Source of the DNA: Gemmatimonadales bacterium
Lineage (GTDB): Bacteria; Gemmatimonadota; Gemmatimonadetes; Gemmatimonadales; GWC2-71-9
DNA length: 64,000 nt
Direction: 5' to 3'
Assembly: GCA_041580775.1 (NCBI GenBank)
Contig: JBFGDF010000002.1
Location: 3,708 to 67,707, forward strand
Below the pieces are notes generated by a model. The model was not told the DNA's origin. It saw nothing but the letters and a program-made list of their open reading frames with translations, and searched no databases. Shown piece after piece: positions 18,219-28,200 of this stretch (position 1 is its first letter; each line of letters opens with the position of its first letter). The position numbers and the translations under genes are program-made.

Positions 18219-19391
18219 GTGCCCATGATCCGTTCCCGCAGTCTTGGCGTTACGCTCGCGGCCGCAGTGCTCCTGAGTGGCTGCTCGCGGTTCCGCGGCG
18301 GCGATGCGGCCGCCGGCGGTGATAGCGCGCAGGCTGGTGACCCTCCCGCCACCTCGGCCGCCGAGGCGTTTTCCACGGACATCGCGATTCCCGTCGAAGG
18401 GGCCGTCGTGGTCCGCGACACGCTCGTCCTCTCGGTCTCTGCTGCCGCGGAAGCCGCCGCCCGCCGCGAGGCCAAGCTCCTCGCCCAGGTGGAAGGCCGG
18501 GTGACCGAGGTCCGCGTGCGTGACAACAGCTTCGTGCGCGAGGGCGATCTGCTGCTGCTGGTGGACACGGCCGAGTACGCCCTGGGGCTGGCGCGGGCGC
18601 ACGCGAATCTCGCCCGGGCCCAGGCCTCGTTTCGCGAACTCACGTTGTTCGACGATCGCATCGACGACCCGGCCGTCCGCTCGGAGCGGGAGCGGGTGGC
18701 GCGCGCCAAGAGCGGCCTCGATGAAGCCGAGGTGTCCGTGCAGGAGGCGGAATTGCGGCTCCGGCGCACGCGGGTCACGGCGCCCTTCACGGGGCGGGTG
18801 GCCTCGGTCCGCGTGGTGCCCGGGCAAACGGTGCGCGTGGGCGACGAGGTGGTGACTGTCGTGGATCTGCACCCGATCCGCATCGAGGTGCGGGTGCTCG
18901 AGAGCGAGGTGGGGTTGCTCGCTCCGGGCCGGCATGCCGTGGTTTCCTTCGCGGCGTTCCCCGGCGAGCGGTTCGTCGGCCGCATCGCGACCGTCAATCC
19001 GATAGTGGAGCGGGAGACCCGAACGGCAAAGGTGACGGTGGACATCCCGAATCGGGAGGGCCGCATCCTCCCCGGGATGTACGCACGGGTGGCTCTGGAG
19101 GCGCGCAAGTTCGCCGACCGGACACTCGTCCCGCGGAGCGCGGTGCTGGAACGCGACCGCCGCTCCATGCTGTTCGTCTTCGAAGGCGAGGGCCAGCTCG
19201 GCCTCGCCAAGTGGCGCTACGTCACGACCGGCCTCGCGAACGATTCGCTCGTGGAGATCGTGCCGCATGCCGAGACCGAGATGGTGCGGCCGGGCGAGGT
19301 GGTCCTCACGGACGGGCATTACACGCTGATCCACGATGCCCGGATTCGGCTGGTGGAGGACGTCCGGGCCGCGGGCGGGAGGCCGCAATGA
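18219..19391 (+). CDS. RND efflux membrane fusion protein (HlyD family), lipoprotein
   Basis: 390 aa with a lipobox (VLLSGCS). It has a coiled-coil hairpin segment and beta-barrel motifs (RTRVTAPFTGRVASVRVVPGQTV, PGMYARV). Confidence 0.9.
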   Translation: MPMIRSRSLGVTLAAAVLLSGCSRFRGGDAAAGGDSAQAGDPPATSAAEAFSTDIAIPVEGAVVVRDTLVLSVSAAAEAAARREAKLLAQVEGRVTEVRVRDNSFVREGDLLLLVDTAEYALGLARAHANLARAQASFRELTLFDDRIDDPAVRSERERVARAKSGLDEAEVSVQEAELRLRRTRVTAPFTGRVASVRVVPGQTVRVGDEVVTVVDLHPIRIEVRVLESEVGLLAPGRHAVVSFAAFPGERFVGRIATVNPIVERETRTAKVTVDIPNREGRILPGMYARVALEARKFADRTLVPRSAVLERDRRSMLFVFEGEGQLGLAKWRYVTTGLANDSLVEIVPHAETEMVRPGEVVLTDGHYTLIHDARIRLVEDVRAAGGRPQ

Positions 19392-20740
19392 AGTCCACGA
19401 CCGCGGTCGGGGTTCTGCTCTTGGTCGGCGCGCCGGCCGCCGTTGGCCAGGAGCCCGCGCCGGTCCCGGCCCGGCTCACGCTCGAAGACGCCATCGCGAT
19501 CGCCCGCGAGCGGAACCCCGAATATCGCCAGGCCGTCAACACGGCCCGTGCCCAGGGGGCGCAGGTGCGGGCAGGGTGGGGGGCGTTCCTGCCGACCGCG
19601 TCGGTCGACATGTCGTTCTTCGGGTCCGATTCCCGGACCGTGACGGGGCAAGACGATTTCGGCAGACCGGTCGAGCTGCCGCAAGCCATCGATTTCAAGG
19701 GCAGCAGCTCTAGCCAGAGTGTCTCGACCAGCCTGACGGTGTTCGATGGGCTCGCCAACTTGAGCTCGCTCCGGGCGGCCCGGGCCAGTCGGGACGCGGC
19801 GGAGGCGGTACGGTGGTCGACGCGGGATCGGCTGGATGCGGAGACGACGCGGCGGTTCTACGACGCCCTCCGGTCCGAGCAGCTGATCGCGCTCGAGGAA
19901 CGGCTGCTCGCGTCCGCGCGGGAGCAACGCGACAACACGCAACGCCTGTTCCGCGTGGCCAGCGCCACCCAGGAAGACGTGCTCGGTGCCGAAGCCGACG
20001 TGGCGGGCGCGGAGCTGCAGCTCGATCGCGCGCGCGGCGACGCTGCCAAGTCAATTCTGGGGTTACGGGAGTACCTCGGGATCACCGAGCCGATCGCGTT
20101 CGTGGCGGTGGGTGAGCTGCCGCCCGTGTGGGACCCCTCGGTGCTGCAGGTGGATTCGCTGGTCGCCGACGCGCTCGCAGCGCACCCGCGGCTGCGGCAG
20201 CTCGACGCGGCTGCCGATGCCGCGCACCTGCGCGCGTCCGCCGCCCGCGGCAGCCGGTGGCCCTCCATCCAGGTCGGGGTTAGCTACAGTCGGTCGACGA
20301 ATCTGGCGAGCTACGAGGCGCTGTTCGACTTCGCGCCCAAGAACCGCACCTTCCGGTTCAACCTGAGTCTCAGCTACCCGCTGTTCACCGGTTTCCGGAC
20401 CTCGGCGCGGGTCGCGCAGGCGGACGCCGACGCGCGCAACGCGGAGGAGTCGCTGCGCGCCGGGCGGCTGCAGGTGGAGCGGGACGCCCGGGCCGCCCTG
20501 ATCGACGTGCAGAATGCCCGCCGGGCCCTGGCGCTGGCGGAACGGGCCTCCGACCTGAGCAATCAACGGCTCGAGCTCGCCCGGGAGCGATACGCCATCG
20601 GCGCCATCACGTTCGCGAACCTCCAGCTCCTCATCGACCGCGCGGCCCAGGAGGAGCGGCAACTGATCACCGCCCGCTACGGGTTCATCGCGGCGACGGT
20701 GACCCTCGAGGAGCGCCTTGGGCGGGAGGTGGGGCGATGA
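19388..20740 (+). CDS. TolC-family outer membrane efflux protein
   Basis: ATG at 19388 forms an ATGA overlap with the MFP stop. The sequence MKSTTAVGVLLLVGAPAAVGQEP...LTLEDAIAIARERNPEYRQA is a typical OEP N-terminus, and two OEP repeats follow. Confidence 0.9.
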   Translation: MKSTTAVGVLLLVGAPAAVGQEPAPVPARLTLEDAIAIARERNPEYRQAVNTARAQGAQVRAGWGAFLPTASVDMSFFGSDSRTVTGQDDFGRPVELPQAIDFKGSSSSQSVSTSLTVFDGLANLSSLRAARASRDAAEAVRWSTRDRLDAETTRRFYDALRSEQLIALEERLLASAREQRDNTQRLFRVASATQEDVLGAEADVAGAELQLDRARGDAAKSILGLREYLGITEPIAFVAVGELPPVWDPSVLQVDSLVADALAAHPRLRQLDAAADAAHLRASAARGSRWPSIQVGVSYSRSTNLASYEALFDFAPKNRTFRFNLSLSYPLFTGFRTSARVAQADADARNAEESLRAGRLQVERDARAALIDVQNARRALALAERASDLSNQRLELARERYAIGAITFANLQLLIDRAAQEERQLITARYGFIAATVTLEERLGREVGR

Positions 20741-20761
20741 GATCGGTTGAGCGCTCGGACC

Positions 20762-20809
20762 GTTGGGCGGTTCTTACGGCGGTCCTGCCAGACCGCCAGA
20801 CCGCCCAAC
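20762..20809 (+). promoter_or_regulatory. Compound intercistronic stem-loop between the TolC-like and RND genes
   Basis: The outer stem pairs GTTGGGCGGT (20762-20771) with ACCGCCCAAC (20800-20809). The inner stem pairs GGCGGTC (20778-20784) with GACCGCC (20791-20797) across a 6-nt loop. It also contains the tandem octamer CAGACCGC x2 (20789-20804). Confidence 0.5.
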
Positions 20810-20850
20810 CGCCCAACCACCGCAAGGGGAGGAACGGGGGCCGGGCGTAG

Positions 20851-23800
20851 ATGTCCATCCCGCGCCTCTCCGTGGGACGGCCGGTGGCGGTTGCCATGCT
20901 CGTGGCCGCTGTGGTGTTCGTCGGGGGTATCTCCTTCGTGCGTCTCCCGATCGACCTGCTGCCGTCGATCGCGTATCCCCGGCTGGTGGTTTACACCCGC
21001 TACCCCGACGTCGGCCCCACCGAGGTCGAGCGCTTCGTCTCGGAACCCATCGAGCGCGCGGCCGGCCGGGTCACCGGGGTGGAGCGGGTGGAGAGCGTGT
21101 CGCGCGAAGGGGTGTCGCTCGTGACCCTCCGGTTCGCATGGGGCACGGACATGGACTTCGCCGTCCTGAACGTGCGTGAGCAGCTCGACAACATCCGTGA
21201 TGAGCTACCGGAACTCGCGACCCGTCCAGTCGTGCTGCGCACCGATCCCGATGCCGACCCGATCATGGCCGTGTCCGTCTCGGGGGCCGGCGGCGACCTC
21301 GCGGCGCTCAAAGACCTGAGCGAGTCGGTGTTCAAACGACGGCTGGAGCAGATCGACGGCATCGCGGAGGCGGCGCTCGCTGGCGGGCTGGAACGGGAGA
21401 TCCATGTCGAGGTGGACGCGCGGCTGCTCGAGACCTACGGACTCACGGTCGACGACGTGGCTCGCGCGCTCGACGCCGCCAATCAGAGCGCCCCGGGTGG
21501 CACCATCCGGCGGGGACGCTACCGTTACGCGCTCCGCACCTTGGGCGAATTCCAGGCCGTCGAGGAGATCGGAAGCGTACCCGTCGGCCGGCGCGCGAGC
21601 GGCGCGGGCAGCGATCTCGTGCTGCTGCGCGACGTCGCGGCGATCGACGATGGGTTCAAGGAACGCGAGTCGCTGGCCCGGTACAACGCCCAGGAGTCGG
21701 TGGGCCTGCTGCTGTTCAAGGACGCGGGCGCCAATACGGTGAAGGCCTCCGAGGAGGTCGAGCGAGTACTCGACCAGCTGCGCGCGCAGTACCCCGAGAC
21801 GCGCATCGAGGTGGCCACCGCACAGGCGGGGTTCATCAGCGACGCCATCAGCAACGTGGTCCAGGCCCTCGTGCTGGGGGGCGTGCTCGCGTTCCTGGTC
21901 CTGTTCCTGTTCCTGCACGACGCACGCTATCCCGTCGCTATCGCGCTCGCGATCCCCATCTCGGTGGTCGCGACGTTCGCCCTGCTCGACGTGGCCGACG
22001 TGTCCCTCAACATCATGAGCCTCGGCGGGCTCGCGCTCGGCGTCGGCATGCTGGTGGACAACTCGATCGTGGTGCTCGAGAACGTGTTCCGGCATCGGGA
22101 GCTCGGGGCTACGCCGCTCGAAGCCGCCGCCCGGGGTGCCGAAGAGGTACAGGGCGCGATCCTGGCCTCGACGTTGACGACCATCGCCGTGTTCGGCCCC
22201 ATCGTCTACGTGCGCGGGGTCGCCGGCGAGTTGTTTGGCGACCTGTCGTTTGCCGTGGCGTTCGCCCTGCTCGCGAGTCTCGCCGTCGCCATTACCCTGC
22301 TGCCGACCATGGCGGCCCGATGGGGCGTGACGCCCGCGGGTCGACCGGGGATCGTGCAGCGCGCCGGCGGTGCCGTGGCCGGCGGCTTGGGCCGGGCCAT
22401 CGCGCGGCTGTTCGGCCCGACGTTCCGCGCCTTCGACCGCCGCTTCGCGCGCTTTGCCGACTGGTACCACGGTATCCTCGAGGGCGCGCTCGCCCATCGC
22501 GGGCGCGTGCTCTTCGTGGCCGGTACCCTGTTCGTCCTGGGCCTGGTGCTCGGTGCCAGCCTGCAGCGGGACGTGCTGCCGGACGTGGACCAAGGGGAGT
22601 TTGCCGTTGCGCTCGAACTGCCACGAGGCACGCCGCTGGAGGAAACGACGCGGGCGGCCGTGCGGATCGAGGAGATGGTGCGCGGCGATGACGCCGTGGC
22701 GGCGGTCTTCACCCGCGTGGGCCGTCAGGGGGCGGTGGCAGGGGTCGAGGAAGAGGAAAGCGGACTGAACACGGCGCGCGTGGAAGTGCGGTTGCGAACG
22801 GGCGCCTCCACTGCCGATGCCGTCAGCCGGCTCCGTCCGCGACTCGCGGCCTTTCCGCCCGATGCCGTCGCCGTGGAGACGGGCACGGCCACGGCGCTGG
22901 GCCGGCTGCTCGGCGGGGAGGATGCGGATCTCTCGGTCCGGATCCGGGGCGACGATCTGGATCAGCTGTGGACGTACGCCCGCCAGGCGGAGCAGCGGTT
23001 GGCGCGTGCCGATCGGCTCGCGAACGTGCGGCTGCGGTCGGAGGAGGGGCAGCCGGAGATCCGGGTGCAGATCGCGCGTGATCGCGCCGCGGCGTATGGC
23101 ATCGAGCCGCGCCTCATCGCGCGGACCGTCGAGCAGTACATGCGCGGGGCCATGGCGACGGAGTATGTGGATTTCGACGAGAAGGTCCCCGTGGTCGTCC
23201 GGCTCCCCGAAGCGGAGCGCCGCTCGCTGGAGACGCTGCGCACGCTCCAGATCGACGGGATCCCACTGCGGGATCTGATCGAGACCCAGGAGCAGCTCGG
23301 ACCGGCGGAGGTCCGACGCCGCGACCAGGGGCGGGTGGTCGAGATCTTCGCCGATGTCGCCCGCGGCGGGCTCGACGCTGCCGTCGCGGACGCGCGCGCC
23401 GTCCTCGCCGAGTTGCCGCCGCCGCGCGGCGTGCGATACGAGATCGGGGGCGCCAACGAAGAACGCGCGCGGAGTTTCCGCGATCTCGCGTTTGCCCTCG
23501 GGCTCGCAATGCTGCTGGTGTACATGATCCTGGCGGCGCAGTTCGAGTCGTTCGTCCACCCGTTCACCATCCTGCTGGCCGTCCCCCTCGCCACGGTGGG
23601 GGCCTCGCTCGCCCTGTTTCTCGGGCGTGCGGGCCTCAACACGATGAGCCTGATCGGGGTGGTCATCCTGGTGGGCATCGTCGTGAACGACGCCATCATC
23701 AAGGTGGACTTCATCAACCAACTCCGGGTGCAGGGCCGGGCACTCCGGGCGGCGATTCTCGAAGCCGGCCGGCTGCGGCTGCGACCCATCGTCATGACGA

Positions 23801-24021
23801 CCGTCACGACCGTGCTCGGCCTGCTTCCCCTGGCGCTTGGCATCGGGCGTGGCGCGGACCTGCGAGCGCCGCTCGCGCTCGCCGTCATCGGCGGGCTGCT
23901 GAGCTCCACGGCGCTGACGCTGATCGTGGTCCCGGTGGCGTATGATGTGATCGAGGACGTCCGCGGCAAGCTGCGCGCGACGTTCGGCCTGGCCACGCTC
24001 GAACCCGCGGAGAAATCATGA
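20851..24021 (+). CDS. RND efflux permease (AcrB/HAE-like), copy 1
   Basis: 1056 aa. The N-terminus MSIPRLSVGRPVAVAMLVAAVVFVGGISFVRLPIDLLPSIAYP matches the family, and the protein shows the 12-TM/2-loop ACR_tran architecture. Confidence 0.95.
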   Translation: MSIPRLSVGRPVAVAMLVAAVVFVGGISFVRLPIDLLPSIAYPRLVVYTRYPDVGPTEVERFVSEPIERAAGRVTGVERVESVSREGVSLVTLRFAWGTDMDFAVLNVREQLDNIRDELPELATRPVVLRTDPDADPIMAVSVSGAGGDLAALKDLSESVFKRRLEQIDGIAEAALAGGLEREIHVEVDARLLETYGLTVDDVARALDAANQSAPGGTIRRGRYRYALRTLGEFQAVEEIGSVPVGRRASGAGSDLVLLRDVAAIDDGFKERESLARYNAQESVGLLLFKDAGANTVKASEEVERVLDQLRAQYPETRIEVATAQAGFISDAISNVVQALVLGGVLAFLVLFLFLHDARYPVAIALAIPISVVATFALLDVADVSLNIMSLGGLALGVGMLVDNSIVVLENVFRHRELGATPLEAAARGAEEVQGAILASTLTTIAVFGPIVYVRGVAGELFGDLSFAVAFALLASLAVAITLLPTMAARWGVTPAGRPGIVQRAGGAVAGGLGRAIARLFGPTFRAFDRRFARFADWYHGILEGALAHRGRVLFVAGTLFVLGLVLGASLQRDVLPDVDQGEFAVALELPRGTPLEETTRAAVRIEEMVRGDDAVAAVFTRVGRQGAVAGVEEEESGLNTARVEVRLRTGASTADAVSRLRPRLAAFPPDAVAVETGTATALGRLLGGEDADLSVRIRGDDLDQLWTYARQAEQRLARADRLANVRLRSEEGQPEIRVQIARDRAAAYGIEPRLIARTVEQYMRGAMATEYVDFDEKVPVVVRLPEAERRSLETLRTLQIDGIPLRDLIETQEQLGPAEVRRRDQGRVVEIFADVARGGLDAAVADARAVLAELPPPRGVRYEIGGANEERARSFRDLAFALGLAMLLVYMILAAQFESFVHPFTILLAVPLATVGASLALFLGRAGLNTMSLIGVVILVGIVVNDAIIKVDFINQLRVQGRALRAAILEAGRLRLRPIVMTTVTTVLGLLPLALGIGRGADLRAPLALAVIGGLLSSTALTLIVVPVAYDVIEDVRGKLRATFGLATLEPAEKS

Positions 24022-25226
24022 GGCGGACCGCGACGCGACGTCGGACCCCGGCGCTTCTGGTGACGCTTGGCCTCGCCGCCGCCTGCGGCGATCGCGCCGC
24101 CGCGCCGACCGCGGCGATCCGCGACTCGGCCGGCGTGCGGATCGTGGAGTACGCCACGTGGGCGCCACCGTCGATGAACTGGACCGTGGCCGCCGCGCCG
24201 CTCGTCGCCATCGGGGCGCTCGAGGGCGACGAGGCGTATCAGTTCGACCGCCTGCAGAGCGTCACGCGGCTCGCCGACGGCCGGATCGTGGTGGCCAACG
24301 GCGGCACGCAGGAGTTGCGGGTGTTCGCTCCCGATGGGCGGCACCTGTCGAGCCTGGGTCGGAAGGGCGGGGGGCCGGGGGAGTTCGAGGGGCTGGGTCT
24401 GGTGCGCGTCGTCGCGGGTGACACCCTGGTCACCTATGACTGGAATCTCCGGCGCCTCTCGGTGTTCGCGCCGGACCGCGGATTCGTGCGCTCGGTGGCG
24501 ATCGAGTTCGCTGGAGGATTCCCGAGCGTCGTGGGCGTGTTCGGCAGCGGCACGGTGCTCGCCACGCGCGGGTTCGTCTTCGGGCCCGGGGAAATATCCG
24601 GCGTCGTGCGCGACACGGCGCCGTTCCTCCGGTTCGGCCCGGATGGGCGCCTGCTCGACAGCATCGGGCGCTGGCCGTCGTGGGAGTACTATGTACAGGG
24701 CGATCGCAACTCGGTGTGGGCCTCGAGTCTGCCCTTCGGCCGCACGACGCTGTCCGCCGTGACGCCGACCGGATTCTGGGTCGGGGCGACCGACCGATAC
24801 GAGATCGAGCGGCGTGACTCGACGGGTGTGCTCACCACGATCGTCCGCGCGACTCGCCCGCCCCGGCCGGTGACGCCGGACGACGTGGAACGCGTCAAGG
24901 CGGACCGGCTCGAGGACGCCGACGAGAACTGGCGGCGCCGCCAGGAGCGGATGTTCCAGGACATGCCGATCCCGTCGACCCTGCCGGCGTTCGCTGATCT
25001 CCAGACGGATCCGGACGGCAACCTCTGGGTGCTCGATGTCTTCACGCCGGCGGATTCGGTCCGCCGGTGGGCGGTCTTCGCGCCGGACGGCCTGCTGCAG
25101 GGCACCGTCGAGACGCCCCCCGCGGTCCGCGTGCTCGAAATCGGCCGCGACTACGTGTTGGGCACGTGGGCAGACGAGCTGGGCGTGCAGTACGTGCGGC
25201 TGTACCGGCTGGCACGGGGGCGGTGA
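24018..25226 (+). CDS. Beta-propeller lipoprotein of the G-x-GPGE type, paralog 3, embedded in the RND operon
   Basis: ATG at 24018 forms an ATGA overlap with the RND-1 stop. It has a probable lipoprotein signal (LLVTLGLAAACGD) and the GRKGGGPGEF motif. Its stop TGA (25224-25226) overlaps the RND-2 ATG by 1 nt. Confidence 0.85.
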   Translation: MRRTATRRRTPALLVTLGLAAACGDRAAAPTAAIRDSAGVRIVEYATWAPPSMNWTVAAAPLVAIGALEGDEAYQFDRLQSVTRLADGRIVVANGGTQELRVFAPDGRHLSSLGRKGGGPGEFEGLGLVRVVAGDTLVTYDWNLRRLSVFAPDRGFVRSVAIEFAGGFPSVVGVFGSGTVLATRGFVFGPGEISGVVRDTAPFLRFGPDGRLLDSIGRWPSWEYYVQGDRNSVWASSLPFGRTTLSAVTPTGFWVGATDRYEIERRDSTGVLTTIVRATRPPRPVTPDDVERVKADRLEDADENWRRRQERMFQDMPIPSTLPAFADLQTDPDGNLWVLDVFTPADSVRRWAVFAPDGLLQGTVETPPAVRVLEIGRDYVLGTWADELGVQYVRLYRLARGR

Positions 25227-28200
25227 TGATCCGTCTCTCCATCCGCCGCCCGGTGGCGGTCTCGATGGTCTACCTGGGCGTGGCGTTGCTGGGGATTGCG
25301 GCCTGGCGCAACATCCCGATCGAGCTCCTGCCAGACACCGAATTGCCCCAGCTGTCGGTGAGTGCTGACTGGAGCCGCGCCTCGCCGGAAGCCATGGAGG
25401 CGTTCGTCACCGCGCCGCTCGAGGCTGCGGTGCAGCAGGTGCACGGCGTCGAGGAAATCTCGTCCATCTCGAGCGAGCAGTACGGGCAGGCGCGCGCCCA
25501 GGTCACCGTGAAGTTCGCCCGCGGGACGGACATGGAGTTCGCGCGCCTCGAGCTGTCGGAGCGGCTTGCCGCCGTCGAAGACGAGCTGCCTGAAGGCGTG
25601 CTCGGGCCGCGAATCGAGCCGTACGTGCCCGAGGAGTTCCGCGAGCAGTCCCGCCCCTTCCTGCGCTACACGCTCACCGGCCCGTATACCCTCGAAGCGC
25701 TCCGCGTCCACGTGGACGACCAGTTGCTGCCCGAGCTGCTGCAGCTCGACGGCGTGGCCGGCGTGGAAGTCTACGGAGGGCGCGATCGCGTGCTCGAGAT
25801 CGTGCTCGACGACGCGAAGACCCGGGCCCTCGGTCTTTCCCCGCAGGTCGTGTGGCAGCGGATCCTCGAGCTGGAAACGGTGGTCGAAGCGGGGGTCGTG
25901 GAAGTCGACGGGGTGCAGCGCACGCTCGCGATCCGCCAGCGCACCGAGTCGCCCGACGAAATCCGCCGGACCGCGCTGCTCACTGATCGTGGCCGGATGG
26001 TGCGGGTGAGCGACGTGGCCACCGTCCACGACACGTATGAAGAACCGCGCAGCCTCTACCGGATCGACGGGCAGCCGGCGGTCGCGTTCCAGATCCACAA
26101 GGAGACGGGGGTCAACACGGTCGCGGTGGCGGATGGCGTCAAGCGGCGCCTCGACCAGCTCGAGACCGTCCATCCGGTTGGCGTCCGCCTGCTCCTCGAC
26201 GACGACGAGAGCGAGGCGATCCGCACGGCCCTCACCGACCTCCGGATCCGCGCGCTGATTGCCGCGGCCGTCGTCTTCGTGGTCCTGCTCGTGTTCCTGC
26301 GGTCGTTCCGGTCGGCGGGCATCGTGTTTGCCACGATCGCATTCTCCATCCTGATCGCGCTCAACCTGATCTACTTCGGCGGTCTCAGCCTGAACGTGCT
26401 CACCCTCATGGGACTCGCCATGGGGTTCGGGCTGATCGTGGACAACGCCATTGTGGTGCTGGAGAACATCTATCGGAAGCGGAGACGCGGGACGGCCGAA
26501 GAACGGGCGACGGCCGCGGTCGCCGCGGAGCGCGGCGCCAAGGAAGTGATGCTCGCCATCCTGGCTGCGACCCTCACGACCGTGATCGTGTTCGTCCCGT
26601 TCGTCTATCTCCAGGGGGAGCTGCGGGACTACTACATCCCGCTCGCGATCGTGGTCGGGATGAGCCTGGTGGCCAGCCTGTTCGTGGCGTTCACGTTCAT
26701 TCCGGCACTGGCGGCGAAGATCCTCGGGGGGGCAGGGAGCGGGGCGCAGTCCCCGCGCAATGCTGGCGGGCTGGACGGCGCGTCGCCCGGCGCGCAGCCG
26801 GCGCCGCGCTCGGAGCCCCGGTCCCCGCTCTACGTCCGCGTGTACGCCGGTCTGCTCGGGTTCACGCTCCGCTGGCCATGGCTCGCGATCGTCATCGCGC
26901 TCGCGTGCCTGGGCGGGTCCTATCGCGTGTTCGACAAGTACGTCACGCGCGGGGTACTGTGGCGCGCGTGGTGGGGACAGCAGACGTTCATCAACATTCG
27001 GATTCAGTTGCCGCGGGGCGAGGAGCTGGATCGGACCGACGAGCTCGCGCGGTTCTTCGAGGCCAAGCTCCGGGGGATGCCGGAAATCGAACGGTTCACG
27101 ACGCGCGTGCTGCCGCAGTTCGCGAACATCACGGTCACGTTCCCCGACTCGCTCGAACAGACGCAGGTGCCGGTCACCATCAAGGAACAGATGCTGGCGT
27201 ACAGCTATCAGTTCGGCGGGGCGGAGGTGCGCGTGTTCGGCTACGGCCCGTCGTTCTACGGGGGCGGCTCGACGCCACCCAACTACTCGATCAAGGTGCT
27301 GGGCTATAACTACGAAACGGTGCGGCAGATTGCCGACGATCTCGGCCGACGGCTGCGCCGCTTCTCCCGCATTCGGGACGTGGACATCAATTCGGCCGGC
27401 GGGTGGTATACGCGCGACAAGGCGAGCGAGTTCGTGCTATCGCTGGACCGAGAGCGGCTCGGCCTGCACGGACTCACGGCGCAGGACGTCGTGTATCAGG
27501 TGGCGGCAGCCGTGCAGGGGACCGTGCGCCGGGGTTTCATCCGCGTCGCCGGCGACGAGCTGCGGTTCGACGTCAAGCTCGCCGACAACGAGCAGGTGGA
27601 CGTGATCGAGTTGCCGGAGGTCCTGCTCCAGACCCCGGCGGGCCAGGGTGTGCGTCTGGGCGACGTGGCGGCAGTGGGCGAACGCGAGGTGCTGAACCGG
27701 ATCGAGCGTGAGAACCAGCAGTACCAGCGCTACGTGAGCTACGAGTTTCGCGGCCCGACCAAGCTCGGCGACCGCGTGCGCGACGCCGTCATCGCCAACA
27801 CGCGGCTCCCGGAAGGCTACAGCATCGAGGGGGAGCAGGAGTGGCGCTGGTCGAGCGAGGAGCAGAAGCAGATCTACGAGGTGCTGGCCGTGTCGCTCAT
27901 CCTGATCTTCATGGTCACCGCCGCGCTGTTCGAGTCGGTGCGCCAGCCCTTCTGCGTGCTGCTCACGGTGCCCATGGCGCTCGTGGGCGTGTTCCTGATC
28001 TTCTACTTCATGGACGCGAGCTTCACCCGGGAGGCGTACATCGGCGTGATCATGATGGGCGGCATCGTGGTCAACAATGCCATCCTCCTGGTGGATCACG
28101 TGAACCTGCTGCGCCGCACGTACGGGCTCGGGCTGCGCGAGGCGGTGGTCCGCGGCACGCTCGAGCGGGTGCGTCCCATCCTCATGACGAGCTTCACCAC

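Noticed and set aside
19211-19387. Upstream N-terminal extensions proposed by the ORF track for several genes (19211, 25067, 12890, 32475, 51747, 58546, 39329, 44638, 16424, 16938)
   Set aside because: Each extension overlaps the preceding gene's coding sequence and translates to Arg/Pro-rich sequence. In every case an internal ATG or GTG gives a proper signal peptide or family N-terminus, often with a 1-4-nt stop/start overlap.
21205-23721. 838-aa ORF antisense to RND permease 1. The same applies to 22962-24344, 25151-26173 and 27437-28879, which overlap the RND genes.
   Set aside because: These are shadow ORFs opposite, or out of frame with, confidently identified ACR_tran-type genes. They have no domain signatures.
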